Assembly: GCF_006345805.1 (NCBI RefSeq)
Contig: NW_021833295.1
Location: 1-64,000 of the forward strand
Length of the DNA stretch: 64,000 bases
Source: Octopus sinensis
Taxonomy: Eukaryota
Reading direction: 5' to 3'
The first letter of the stretch is position 1; each line of letters begins with the position of its first letter. Below are positions 1 through 12,134 of the stretch, in pieces. Position numbers and translations under genes: made by a program. The notes under the pieces were generated by a model. It did not search any database, was not told the origin of the DNA, and was given only the letters and a program-made list of their open reading frames with translations.

Positions 1-155
1 CCCGAACCCGGAGTCTTAAAAAACTATTCCATTCCTATGACTATATAAGCCAATGGACTCCGTTATATTGTTAGGGATACAGTCGCGTCAACAGAACATG
101 AATGTTCCAATAAAAATAACAAATATAATTAATAAAACAAATATGTCAAGTTAGG

Positions 156-1468
156 TCATGAATCTTTAAATGACTCGTTCACACATCCATCTTCGTTCAT
201 AAACGGGTTGAGTCCACCCTCATCCTGTGCCACAAACTCCGATTCGTCCAAAGGCCACGGATTTGGAGGAAAATCAAAAGGAGCTGCTTCAAAAACATCA
301 TCGGGGACTTGCTTCTGATCAAACTACCAATAAACATTCACATCAACGGATTTTTGTTTTATAAAGCGAAAACTAGTTTTTTTCGAGCCTTTCTTCGACA
401 AAGTGCAAGTCTTAAGGCAGTTGAGAATGTCCCCCACACTTGGTCTACTCGCGGGAGAGACCTGGAGACAGTCCCCTACGGAAGTGAGTGACCACAGAAC
501 TGACCAATGACACTCTCAAACAGGGCATTGCAGGGTTTGGGAAACGAATATTTGGCTGACAAAATGGCCAATTTGTTCTCTTGGAAGGGCATGGCGACAA
601 AACATAACTGAAAGAGCAGACACCCCACAGCCTAGTCGAATCAACAACTCTGCACAACCCAAATGTCAGCTTTGCAGGAAATGTGTTCTCCGCTGTACAA
701 ATCGACCATTTCCGGGGGTCGGTACCCCGAGGTGGTGGCTCTGCGACTGTGAGACACACAACAACTGGGCGATCTCTTCCTCCAGTTGAGAAATGTCCGA
801 AATGTCCATATTCTCGTCGAGGGGAGTCTCGTACACAGCACTCCCAAAATCGCAGAGGACAAAATCTCCTTTTGAGTTTATCAACACATTCTCGGCCTGG
901 ACACGAGGGAAACACTACTTTGATGTCTCGGTTGATGATTGGCGGAGAGTTGTCGTGGAGGACTGACAGTCCACTGCAAAGGTCTCTGAGGATTCGAAGA
1001 ATGAGGTCGTCTTTGAGTCCTTTGACTGCATTCTCCTCCAACAACTGAAACACACTTTCTACAAAATAAACAAAACCAGCACTTTTGCACAACTCCATCA
1101 AAAGAAAGACTTCTGAACGAAAGGAATCGATTTTGGTGTAATGACTGTCGACGTATTTAATGATGTTGGGATGACTGCACTTTTTCTGGGATGAAGAAAT
1201 GGACAAACCATCACGTTTATTTCCATAATGCAGCTGTTTAGATTGGCTTCCGTGTTCACGTTGGACTGTTTGAGGGCCATGGTATTGCCTTTCTTTCGTT
1301 TGGCAGCAAAAATGACCGAATAGCCGCCTGTGACTAACACATATTCTTATCACCGTAGCCAATCACACTGTCAATTGTGACAGGGCCGGAATCAAACACA
1401 ATTATTTTGTTTTTGGGTAGAGATTGGCGTTGGTTGGAATTTTTAGTGAACAGTTTTCTCAGTGACAT
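156..1468 (-). CDS. AAK1: Numb-associated kinase (AAK1/BMP2K-like Ser/Thr kinase), about 9 exons
   Basis: Hand-spliced: MSLRKLF...VTIDSVIGYGGYSVIF...ALKQ...HPNII...IINRDIKAENVL...LCDFGS...TTSGYRPPEMVDLY...KADIWAVGCLL...DDVFEAAPF. Eight GT-AG introns of 22-29 nt restore the frame. Confidence 0.85.
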
Positions 1469-1533
1469 ATAGTAGTAATTACAAATTAACATATAGGTTA
1501 ATAATTTTATTGAGTAATAAAAATTTATAATAG
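1441..1533. repeat. Diverged direct repeat, copy 1 (kinase 5' end plus promoter); copy 2 at 3110-3214
   Basis: ttttagtgaacagttttctc..agtgacatatagtagtaattacaaatt..gttaataa aligns to ttttagtgaaaagttttctc..agtgacagtagtaattacaaatt..gttaataa at 3110-3214. Confidence 0.8.
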
Positions 1534-1554
1534 CATTTTTTTAAGCATCTATAT

Positions 1555-3110
1555 TTAGGACAGTCTTCGTCTCTTATGCCCAACTATCATAGTCGGTACA
1601 CGTATTCCTGGTAGAGAAGAATCCTTCGGTTGACACTCAATCACTGCATGCTCCTCTCCGGGAACCGATATTCCATGTCTTGTCTCCACCTGCATACTCT
1701 CCAATGTTTTTCTTAAAACGAGTGTTTGAATATATGCCTTCACTCTGTCTTCCACTGCGATAGAATCCAGATGACTTTTGAAGAATTTTGAGACAATTCC
1801 ATCCCGAGTAAGTACAACAGGGATTATCTTCACTCTAGCCCGATGAATCGCCCCTAATTCATTTGCCAAAGGTCATATTTGTGGAACTTTTCCACTTCAA
1901 CTTGCTTTAGGCAATTTTGTGAGGTAATCCCAACTTCAATGAGTGTAATTGTATTCCTCATCTTGTCATGGACAAAAATATCTGGTTTATTGTTTGAAAC
2001 AGCCGTATCCGTAGAAATAGTTCTGTCCACTCGAATTTCCACAACTTAATTGGCGAGTTATTTCCATGAACTACCCATCCTGCGATTCATTAACTTCAGT
2101 GTCCTTCAAACACTGGAAAAGAATAGAATGCAGTGGCTTAGTTTCAATCTGCCTCATTAGATATTCATGTTCAATTTCCACCAATTTAGTTATTGTCAGT
2201 TCATTTATATTTTCGATATTGTACTTTCGGGATATGAATTCTACGATAGTGGCAATGTGAGTTTTCTGTGAATTGACGACCCGTAGAATTCCCTCTCTTC
2301 TTAGGCGTAATCGGCTTTATGCTTCAAGTCATGATAAAATTGGAATAGCATTCGTTCAGATTTGTTACTGACACACTCGAGACCTCTTCCAAGTTTATTT
2401 CTTGGTAAATATAGTCTTTCTTTGTTTTCCGGTCGCATGTGAATATGGCTCTCCGTAAGAATTCTGCTGACATTTTTGTCAATTTGTTCAAATTCCCCTG
2501 GCTCGATATCAATCATTTATATAGAGAGAGTGAAAATTCGTTTATCGCCTTAAATAAATTCACAGAGTTTAATTCCGTCTTAATCCGAGTGGATGCCTCA
2601 TTATAAATTTTCCCCATAATTTCTTTTTTAAGGACATTACTGTTCATATCTTCAAGAACTCCTAAGTATCGGTATCCGATTCCCCATTGTTACTTTCGGG
2701 CATTTTCCATTTAACATTCGACTCAAAGGGTCCAATACCAACACAAAGATCTGTGGCGACAAAGTCTCCTTGCAAAATTCCTCTTCTTATTTTTACTTGA
2801 CCCAATGATTTATTTTCAAAAGTCAATCGTATTTTCCATTTGTTAATAAGACTCTGAATAAAGCAGACAATCCAATAAGCAAGTCCAGACTTTTGTAACA
2901 AATGGTCTAAGAAATCATGATCTGATTGATTATGGCTTGTTCTTTTGCACATTCTTCTTGTGCCCAGTTGATTGTCACTTATCCGAAAGCATTGTTTACA
3001 CATTTCGTTGTCAACTTATATAAATTCGGCATAGATTGGCCTCAAATCCTTGGGGGAGTCACACACGTCCTTCTTAGGGATCAGCTATGTGATTTACGTA
3101 TAAAACAATT
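1555..3110 (-). mobile_element. 5'-truncated, internally deleted non-LTR retrotransposon (RT plus restriction-like endonuclease)
   Basis: RT fragments (MPNLYKLTTKC, ISDNQLGTRR, IRRGILQGD), ERLYLPRNKLGRGL and RLE motif NKPDIFVHDK..IEVGITS..EKFHKYDL. Multiple frameshifts; the YxDD region is absent. Confidence 0.85.
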
Positions 3111-3214
3111 TTTAGTGAAAAGTTTTCTCATTTATGATCACAGTGACAGTAGTAATTACAAATTCAAACAAACCTGTTAATAATATTCAATAAAATAATA
3201 AAATTATTAAATAG
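3110..3214. repeat. Diverged direct repeat, copy 2 (upstream of Cramped)
   Basis: Aligns to 1441-1533; the kinase start codon (CAT on + strand) is deleted in this copy. Confidence 0.8.
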
Positions 3215-3229
3215 TTAAGTCTTGTGGTC

Positions 3230-4744
3230 ATGGAGGATGTCAACAAGACGGAAGATACTGCCCCACAAACCACAGACCCCCCTCCCAAGGTGGCCAAGAT
3301 ATGGGACACTGAGGACCGAATTGCCTTCTACTCACTCTTGTGCAAATACGGAAAGGACTTCCACAAACTGACTGCACGAATAAATTATGCACGTCGGCCA
3401 AGACCCCCCAAAAGTGTCCGTCAAATTCGACTATTTTTCTTCCGTAATTTCCGTCGACTGGATGGACATGTCTCCTTCGGGTCTGATGTCCCCACCGACA
3501 TTCGCCAAGTCTCCGTGCTCGTCGCCTACGGAGAATTGTACCGTCGACTGGGCAAGGTGGACTCTTCTCCACATTTCCTCAAGTTCCTGAACGGACTGGT
3601 CTTTAATCGGAGCATCCTCGTGGGCAAAAACACACTCGCCAGACTCGGAATCCCCCACAAAGAGAAGTATTTGAAGGTCAAAATGCCCAGAAGCAATGCT
3701 CTCTCTGAATTGTTCAAAAAACACGAAACTGTCCTCTCAAGTTTCCTTCCTGACACTTTGATGTTGTCCCTCCGTCCTCGGTCTGTCCAGGCTCTCCTGA
3801 CTGTCCAACGCAGTGGCTTTGTGGCTAATCTGCAGTTGAGAGTGCCTCACGGACAGCAAATGGGGGTGCTGCTCGAAGTGTTGGGAGAACGGTTGGGGAA
3901 TGGGGACATGAGGATGTTCCTTCCGAGTGGGAAGAGTGCTGTGGCATACCAACTGGTGTCCTCTTCTGGGAGAATTCGACTGCACAACACGGACTCCCAC
4001 ACGTCCAGTATTCTCCAAAATACCAACAATTTGAGTCGCAATTTGTCCAATTTCTCTGGTTCTCTCGAAAGTGTGACTGCCCTGTGGGAAGGAGGACTTT
4101 CTGTCGGCAAGGCTGGACAGCTCTCGGTGGTGGAGGTCTACTTAATGCTCGGCTCCAAGTCCCCGATCGAACTTATGTACGACTGGGTGGCCCCTTCGTC
4201 CCAAATGGGGAGTTCTGATGAGTTTCCTCGTTCTATTTTGAGCTGTGTGGTGGACATGGCACGTTCGGAGTTGCTTAAGCATGAAATACGCAAGTCGTCG
4301 GGAAAGCAGGCGATTATTCGTTTTCAGAAACCCTGCATTCTCTGTGACCGAGTGTCTCCACCGGCCACTCCACAGGCTCCTCAGGACGAGATAAATGAGA
4401 TTCAGCAGAACTATGCGTTTATTGTGCCTGATAAACGGGCTGTCCCTACGATTTATCGGCCAAGGAAACGAAAAATGGAAGACAAGCAGTCCATCCAGAA
4501 AGTTTCTAAAAAATTGCCGACGCCACTCGCAATGCTCAACAGCCTCCCTTCGCTGAATAGTCAACTCAATTCAACGAGCAATGAAAGGAAACAAACGCCT
4601 TTGCAGTCTCTGATTGATGCGACATTCCACCGCCCTGTAAATTCGGACGATCAGCTCGTAGAAGAAATACCGATCAAGTCTCCGCCGCGCACATTTTGCA
4701 GTGAAATGATTGAGGATGGTGACACGTTTGATATTTTACGATGA
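3230..4744 (+). CDS. CRAMP1: Cramped-like SANT-domain chromatin protein
   Basis: Uninterrupted ~504-aa ORF; N-terminal WDTEDRIAFYSLLCKYGKDF...KSVRQIRLFFFRNFRRL matches the Cramped SANT domain. Confidence 0.75.
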   Translation: MEDVNKTEDTAPQTTDPPPKVAKIWDTEDRIAFYSLLCKYGKDFHKLTARINYARRPRPPKSVRQIRLFFFRNFRRLDGHVSFGSDVPTDIRQVSVLVAYGELYRRLGKVDSSPHFLKFLNGLVFNRSILVGKNTLARLGIPHKEKYLKVKMPRSNALSELFKKHETVLSSFLPDTLMLSLRPRSVQALLTVQRSGFVANLQLRVPHGQQMGVLLEVLGERLGNGDMRMFLPSGKSAVAYQLVSSSGRIRLHNTDSHTSSILQNTNNLSRNLSNFSGSLESVTALWEGGLSVGKAGQLSVVEVYLMLGSKSPIELMYDWVAPSSQMGSSDEFPRSILSCVVDMARSELLKHEIRKSSGKQAIIRFQKPCILCDRVSPPATPQAPQDEINEIQQNYAFIVPDKRAVPTIYRPRKRKMEDKQSIQKVSKKLPTPLAMLNSLPSLNSQLNSTSNERKQTPLQSLIDATFHRPVNSDDQLVEEIPIKSPPRTFCSEMIEDGDTFDILR

Positions 4745-5254
4745 TTTTGTAAACAAATTGTGATGTTGCTTTTTTGTTGTATTACTCAAACAATTTATAA
4801 AAACACTATTGTCAAATAATTTGATTATCTGCATAGGAGTAACTATTTGGTGGTTGATTATTGAGCCAGGAAAACGACAATTGTGAATTTTGAGGCGATT
4901 GTTAATCAAAGTTACCAATAAAAATTACTTTGAAGAAAAAAGCTCAGAACACGGAATGATAGTAACGACACTCCGAGTAATACGTCATGATCTAAGAGTA
5001 GTGAAATATAAGAAATTTGAATTTTTGAACAAGATTTGTCAATGTGTGTGTAAAGAGAACAATTTATCCGGGGTAAAAGTAAATTAATAATTATCAGCCA
5101 TTCAAGGAGTAATTGCGATTGAATAATTTTAATTTGATTCATTCTACGACAACTCCCAAACACTAATGAGCTGATTTAAATTATTTTATTGATTCTCAAA
5201 AAGATATATAATCGTAGAAAAGTGCAGAATTTAATTTTCAACAGCCAGTCTACA

Positions 5255-6178
5255 ATGGTCACTCTCCACCTCCTTCTCGACTTCCCGATCGTCCAGGCAA
5301 TTCTCGCAGCAATCACAGTCGGCATTTTGCCTGCACTTCTCCTCATTTTCGTGAGCGTAAACAAAAGTAATTGGGACGGGTCCTTGGAGGTGACATGGAT
5401 AATGTCCTACTCGTAGATTCTGCTCGCCTTTGCTTCCGGGGGGTTGCTCTCGGACGTATTTTTCCATTTGATGCCTGAAATATTCACCACCGCCAACACT
5501 GCCAACAACAGATATTTCATTTTAGTGGGACTCTATGGCTTTTTTGCTATGGAAAAAGTCCTCAATTTGACTCTCAAAGCATCCCCGACCGACGCCCCAG
5601 AGGAACCTTCGGAGCCGATTGTCACGGAGTCGACAACCATCCGTCGCAGAACGAAAGAGAAAAGTGACGCAGAGCACAGTGCGAAAGAGCAGATTTCAAT
5701 GAAGGCGCAAGGATTCATCAACCTCGTAGGGGATTTTGTGCACAACATCACTGACGGGCTGATCATCGGCGCGTCGTTTATGCACAGCACATCTCTCGGA
5801 CTGAGTTCGTCATTTTCTATTCTGTGCCACGAATTTCCCAACGAGATTGGGGACTTTGTCAGTCTAATCAACGCCAATTGCACCAAAAAGCAGGCTTGTT
5901 TCCATGTCTTATGATAGGCAATACTCCTTCAGTTCGTCACGGCACTGGGCTTCATTTTTGGCGTCATCCTGTCATTTGTTTTGGGCAATTTGAGTTCGCG
6001 TATTGAGGGAGTTTTGATTCCCTTCTGCACCGGGGGGTTCATATACATCGGCACTGTAAACATGCTCGGGCCGCTCACAAAGGGCTCCCACCAAGTCGGG
6101 GGAATGCGACACACTTTCCAAATATTGCTTTCTGCCTTGGCTGGAGTTGCTTTTCTCGTTTTAGTTAGCAAAATATAG
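5255..6178 (+). CDS. LIV-1/ZIP zinc transporter (SLC39A7/SLC39A13-like), copy A
   Basis: ILLAFASGGLLSDVFFHLMPE, VHNITDG, CHEFPNEIGDF, FCTGGFIYI; one 27-nt GT-AG intron and one 24-nt GC-AG intron (5894-5917). Confidence 0.9.
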
Positions 6179-6404
6179 TCACTGTTCTCATCATTTGGAA
6201 CGTTTTCGAGTCTTTGTTCATTCATTCGCATTTGCTCTAAGCACTCTTAGTTTCAGCGAGATGATTCACAACCAATGAATCTCTGCGTCATTGTATATAA
6301 ACGTGTATTTTTATTAAAATAAAGTCAATTCATAAGTGAAATATACATTGTTCAGACCTTCAGCATGAATAAAAGAGAATGTCAAATATTTCGGTCATCT
6401 TTGA

Positions 6405-6714
6405 ATGGTTTTGTATTTGGTTAATGTCTAATAGTCGAGAAAGTTCATTTCAACCGATCTCGAGAGTTTTTTTCCAGTCATTTTGTTAGATGTCAAAAAA
6501 TGTTTTGACCAATTGGACTTGGACAGCAACGGGAAAATAAACGCCAGAGAACTCAGCAAAGTTTTTAATCTTGCGGGTGTCTGCTGTACAGAAGAAGAAT
6601 GTCGAAATCTAATTAAATCTTGCGACCAGGATAGCGATGGAAATATCAATTTTAAAGGTGCAACTTAATTTTCATTCAACAGAATTCCTCGATCTCATTT
6701 CAAACGACTCTTAG
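6405..6714 (+). CDS. 77-aa two-EF-hand calcium-binding protein, copy A
   Basis: Three introns (27, 24, 25 nt) give MSRKFISTDLENVKKCFDQLDLDSNGKINARE...DQDSDGNINFKEFLDLISNDS, with two canonical 12-residue EF loops. Confidence 0.85.
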
Positions 6715-6984
6715 CTACTCCAGTATCGAATATAATCATTTAACAATTGTTATTTTTGAATAAAAAAAAATTAACATAGACTGAATTTAACTGTTTTGAC
6801 TAAAAATAACTTAAAGTTGGATTTTCTTTAATTCCACTTTTTACTTTATGTTTACCTTGAGTAACTCATTTGACAAGAAAATAAGCCAAGAGGCGACAAG
6901 ATTAGAATGATGACTTACAGGCTCTTATTTGTTATATACCTTGAGGCTGCCTTCTAGGAAATAAAAGCGAAAATTAAAGCAATT

Positions 6985-7480
6985 TCGACTACAGAACTGA
7001 TTTACTCGGATGACGCAGATTTTGTTTCAGAAAACATCGAAAAGATTAGGAAAGTGCTCAATCATGCTTTTGGCATATTGGAGCTAACAGCTGTCAAAAT
7101 AGAAAATTAAATGTCAGAAAAGAAGAATAATTTTATATGCTTTCACGTCTTTATCAAGTTTCTATTTTTTACTTTTGTTTCTTGAAGGCAGGATATAGAT
7201 ACTACATAGCAAATCTGTAAGTTTTGTTCTTTGCAGAAATTCCCCCGATCATGAGTGTCATTAATCCAAGTTCTCCACTATTTGTATTAAACATTGTTCA
7301 ATAGAGGGACTTCAGTACCTTAGACAACAAATAAAGAGTATTTGGATGTATTTTGAGAATGAATCCTACATAATGGAGTCATATTCCCTAAGCACCGCCT
7401 GGTTTCAACGGAGACCATGGACAACCCTCTCACTATCCTTGCAAATGACCTGAAAATGGTCGAATGCTACTAGAAAATGC
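6985..7480 (+). mobile_element. Decayed LINE (RTE-like) RT and 3'-end remnant
   Basis: TELIYSDDADFVSEN (YxDD-like) directly at the duplication edge; downstream RVFGCILRM and TLTILANDLKM resemble RTE C-termini. Confidence 0.55.
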
Positions 7481-7581
7481 TGATAGTACGCCACAACCGA
7501 CGATAAAAACTGAAAGTTCTCTTTTGTGTTTCGTGCAAAATAACAATATAAATCAGAATTCAATTCTGGTGTTAAAAAATC

Positions 7582-8796
7582 CTAATTAGTGCAGTTTTCC
7601 AATCGACAGTCGATGCATTGGTCATGGATTAGTTCAGTCGACACGACGCAAGACTTGCAGGTTCGACACTACTCAAATCGAGTAAAAAGAATAACATGAA
7701 CTGTGTTTCTTCTCTTTTGGACATGGTCGTGGACTGGAGAATTAAATTGCTTTGTGTGGATGGCTCCGTTCTATAAATGAGAGAAGAATTGTACCTCTGA
7801 TGCAATTAGGAACTGAGAGTTGTCCATATTTACATCCACGTCGTGTATCAGACCGACATTGACTGTCCATTTATTGACCAGTGAACATGTCTGCACATCC
7901 CACAAAACTAGACGCTGATCAAATCCACAAGAAATAATAAATTGGTCTAGATCTGACAATAAAACATTCACTGTCGTGGGAAAAAACACAGGAGGAGACA
8001 CAACTATAATGTCCCCCATTCATTTGGGCAGGTCCCGCATGCCTTCACTCAGAAACCGAGAACCACCTGTACTCCCCTCCAGCTATCGTCCAATAGCACA
8101 GATTCCTGTCACACCCAGCAGTGACATATGCGTTCTCCGAGAGTGTCCCGCGAGAAATGGCACACGTGTGACCTCTATGACTAAGTGATGTCATCGATAC
8201 CTCAAATCCATGGTCTGTCGTTGAGAAATGAGGTCGTAGCATTTCGCGGTATAGTCAAATGAGGTGGTGAATATTTTATCCCCACTTTTCGATATAGAAC
8301 AAGACGAGATGGTGGAGTTATGGAGACCTATGCTGAGGGTAATATACTCCCACCAAATGTTTGGTGGACACATGTCCCACTTCGGGAGTCCCATACTCGT
8401 AACACAAGGTCGGGATCGGAAACAGAGGCAACAAGCCATTCCCCGACATCCACCCACGTCACTATCCCTGGATGAATTGTTCTCCACTGCAATTTACTTA
8501 GCTACTCTCACCAGAGGTCTCCCAGTCTCCACATCAGTACAGCAGACTGTCTTGTCCCAACCCCCTGAATAGACTCTGCAATAAATTGTATCAATCCACT
8601 TTTTGTAGTCGTGTGAGAATTTTGCGTTGCAGACATTTTTGTTGTGGGCTGTGTCCAAATCGGAAACCAAGTTGAGATTGTCCGTCTCCCACAGCCGCAC
8701 TTTTCCATCGTGCGAGGAGGAGAGAATCAATTCGTCACAAGCACCTCCAAACTGGCAGGAGGATACTCTCCCATCGTGTGCTTGCTTTGTTTTCAT
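7582..8796 (-). CDS. WDR88: WD40-repeat protein, WDR88-like
   Basis: Repeated GH...WD-type units (AHDGRVSSCQF..SSSHDGKVRLWE; GLHNSTISSC..TSFD; GHYSCVSSCVF..CGFDQRLVLWD) and a C-terminal CRTC..CIDC; about 8 tiny introns. Confidence 0.65.
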
Positions 8797-9340
8797 TGCT
8801 ATGGATACTTTATTATGTTTTAAATAGTCAAATCTTTATTTACTCTCACAATAACTCGAGGCAGTTCAAATCTATTTGAGCAACATCTGAAAAATCTTTT
8901 CCCAAAACAACATTTTAAAGCTGGACTGAACAAGTTAGGGAGTAGTAAAGAAAGTTAAAATCTTGTTGATTCATCAAATTATTTCGGAAAATTTGCCAAG
9001 TTGTCTAAAAAAGAAAAACAAAACAAATTTGAAATGGTGCCTGTGTCGGAGAATGAATTTTCTTATAAACATTCGCTTTAAATAAACAAGAGCTGCTTTC
9101 GAATGAAGGAAAAAGAAATTTCTGAATAATTCAAAATCCAAAAATATGCAATAAAGCATAATAAGAGACTTGCGATAATGAATATTAACAGAAATTTGGT
9201 GGCAGTGAAAAATTGATTTTCATCTATTAATTTGAATGAATTTTATTAATAGTTATAAAATTGTATGATATTTATATAAAAAATAATTTATTTACAAAAA
9301 ATATCAATTTGTGTTTTTTGTTCGTTGTGGTTTTAAGCAA

Positions 9341-10280
9341 ATGGGAGGAGATGGAGGAAGCATACCACATAGGACAGAGATGGTCAAAGAAAAACCCAAG
9401 CCACCGATAGTAAGTTAAACAATCTGATACATAACAGAAAGACAGAGAGTCCGTCCACGAAACAAAATGGCGAACCTGCTCAATATCTCAGCACACCTTA
9501 AAGAAGCCAATAGTGTCTTGTGAATTGGGCAGGTTGGCATTCCGTTGGTGAGTATCAGACTGTATAATAAGGAGGCTGTGATTGCCCTCCTTCTCGACAA
9601 GACATCCTCTCCCCTCGCCTCCCAATTTGACCACATCAAGCGACTAAAAGTTATTTTCTGACTATATCCCAGCATGTCACCGAACTCAATTTATGTGACA
9701 ACGATTTATTCCACGAAAAGCAACAAATCCTGGGAAATGGATACAACGACCGACACGTCTCCCCTTCAAATGTCCAATCACCAACGTGGAAATGAACGGT
9801 CACCACAAGTAGGCTGTCTTCATTACTCAGATTCGTATATTTGAGGCCCTGTGGCTGTGTTCTCAGCAGAAAGGCGTTGGACGCAATCAACCAGTCGTCC
9901 TGTCCTATAGTTTGAGTATTTGTGGCCTATGCAGTGTTCTGCTGTGTTTGAGGGGGATGTGGATGTCATTACTATCAATTCCCAGACGTGGACGAGTTCA
10001 GGAGGTGGAGGCACTCATGTTGGCACGGAGGGCAAAGTCGGGGAAGTGTAAGTCTGAGAAACACAGGCATGGATTGGAACTGTCGTCTGCCACAAAGAGG
10101 ATTGTGAACGAGGATTCCGACCGGACTACTCGGGGAGTTGAAGTGAGGAGTGAGACGACGAGGAGTATTCAGGAGGGGGAGTCCACGGAGGTGTACAAGT
10201 CTATATTTAGTACGAGTGAGAAGGCAGCCAATCAACTCAAACCTAATTGGATAACATATGATCCCCAATATTTTTATTGA
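9341..10280 (+). CDS. RTF2: Replication termination factor 2 (RING-like), with apparent frameshifts
   Basis: MGGDGGSIPHRTEMVK, WRTCSISQ..LKKPIVSCELGRLYNKEAVI, FKCPITNVEMNG, CGCV, C-terminal YKSIF..WIT. Frame breaks near 9761 and 9980-9997. Confidence 0.85.
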
Positions 10281-10873
10281 TGTGCTTATTTGGTCAAACT
10301 TGCTTTTTAAATCAAATTTTTAGTCTTTCTGCTGATTTACATCAAAATGCTAAGACCATTTTAATTACTTTGATAAGACCTTTATTTGTTTCTATGATGC
10401 TAGCCATCGAGATATAACAGCTGCTTGTGATTTTAAATACTTAATTTCCATTTTTCTTTTAAAATTGTGTTTTTGAAGATACACTTGGCCTTCGCAAATT
10501 GGTTGAAATTTAGAATTTAATTTTAAATAGAAATTTTTTTTAATAACAATTTAATCTTCCAATTCCTTTCTTGAATGGTATACTCGGCTTACTTTTGAAG
10601 AAAAAACTGAAATTGTTAATTATAAGGAAGTAAATGATGAAATTTTGTTCAAACGACTAACTGATGGATTTCGAAGACAAAATCAAGAAAAACAATAAAC
10701 ATTTTTTACTGAAGAAAAACGCTATTTCAAAACATTCAAAAAAATTTACAACAATTTTAAAAATTGTGTCTCGATTATGATATGCTCAAACATGAGCGGA
10801 ACCCATAATTTGGAACCAGTGATGATTTTAAGACCAAAAATGCCTCGATGTATTTGAAATTATGACTATAGAT

Positions 10874-11797
10874 CAGGCTGGCCAACCCAAATCGCATCGC
10901 GGGCCACTTTGTCCAAATGGAATCCTTTCCGCGGCCGCATATAATGTACATACTAAGGATAGATATCAAAACAACACAGATAAGATTTTATTAGTATAAA
11001 ATAGCATTCAGTCAATTATACGTATCAATGAGAAATCTGTTTTTCTTTATCTTCACTTAATTTTTTCAAATCAACTTCACAATTACTAGTTGCACATCTT
11101 AATTGGTTTTCTAAGTTTTTATCTGTTAAAGAAGATTATATCTCTTTACTAAACTTTAATTTCGAAAAGAATGATTCACATACGTAAGTAGATCCAAAGG
11201 AGCTTACAACTCTTTGTGCAAAAATTCTTAAGTTGGGATATTTTTCTGCAGTCACATATTTGTTATAAAAAGTCAATTTTGGATATAGTAGGATAAACAG
11301 TCTTAGTTCACTGTTGCACTGTAGGTCAATTATTTCCGTCTGCAAAGTATTTGAAACAATAGAAACGTCAACATGAAATGGAGAAGAAAATGTTTCAAAC
11401 ATTTCTCATATTTTTTTAGTTCCGAGAATCGACTGTCAAATGCTGCAGCAAGATTTTTTATTTCATCAGCGTACTTGAAGAAATTTTTACAATGGCTGTT
11501 GATTTAAATTGATTTAGCGTTGGAAAATGTTGATCATTTCCATTTCTTATTTGACATTCAAACAATGACAATTTCATTCGAAATGCTTTGACTTGATGGC
11601 ATGCATTAGTAATCAAATTATCCTGTCCTTGTAACTCCTTGTTTAATTGATTAATTTTTCGGTTATATCTACCAAAAAGCACAGATCTAGCATCCATTCT
11701 TCATCATTTAATTCAGTAATGTCATTTTCTTATGCATCATAAAACTTTTGATTTCTTCTCTCAAGTCGAAAAAAACGTTTTGGGTTGGCCAGCCCTG
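10874..11797 (-). mobile_element. Non-autonomous hAT (Buster/SPIN/GTF2IRD2-like) element, 924 bp
   Basis: TIRs CAG(G)GCTGGCCAACCCAAA; perfect 8-bp TSD CTATAGAT (10866-10873, 11798-11805); contains only the transposase C-terminal part (FGSTYVCESFFSKLK). Confidence 0.9.
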
Positions 11798-12134
11798 CTA
11801 TAGATGATTCATTTTCTACTATAGTTCACAATGAGCTTGGGTGACTGGATTTATATTTATGGATTTGTTGGTTAATTTTGATTTACAGCTCAAAAATCGA
11901 ATTTTACTATTGATTGACAACTGGCCTGCGCACTATATCGAAACGAATTTGGAATATATGAAAATATTTTTTTGACTAAAAATAATTCTGGTTTGCTTAA
12001 CCATGGATATTGGGATAATTAAATCTTCCAAGAGTAATTTTACCCAACGAAAGTTGATCTATTTGACGGAATTGTTGAAAACTCGAATCTTTCGGTCTAT
12101 AATTCTTACAAGAAATTGAATTTAAGGTCTAGTG

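Larger units (their letters stand above)
4974..6984. repeat. Inverted segmental duplication, copy A (copy B 21107-23122)
   Basis: Near-identical reverse complement across the ZIP gene, EF-hand gene and flanks; boundaries read by eye. Confidence 0.95.

Noticed and set aside
1-113. Possible 3' end of a plus-strand gene at the window edge
   Set aside because: Too short to fix the frame or identity.
931-5842. AAC (Asn) at two expected His positions (kinase HRD, ZIP HExPHE) as a sign of codon reassignment
   Set aside because: AAC encodes conserved Asn elsewhere (HNITDG, RTNCVD) and CAC/CAT encode conserved His; the standard code fits all genes.
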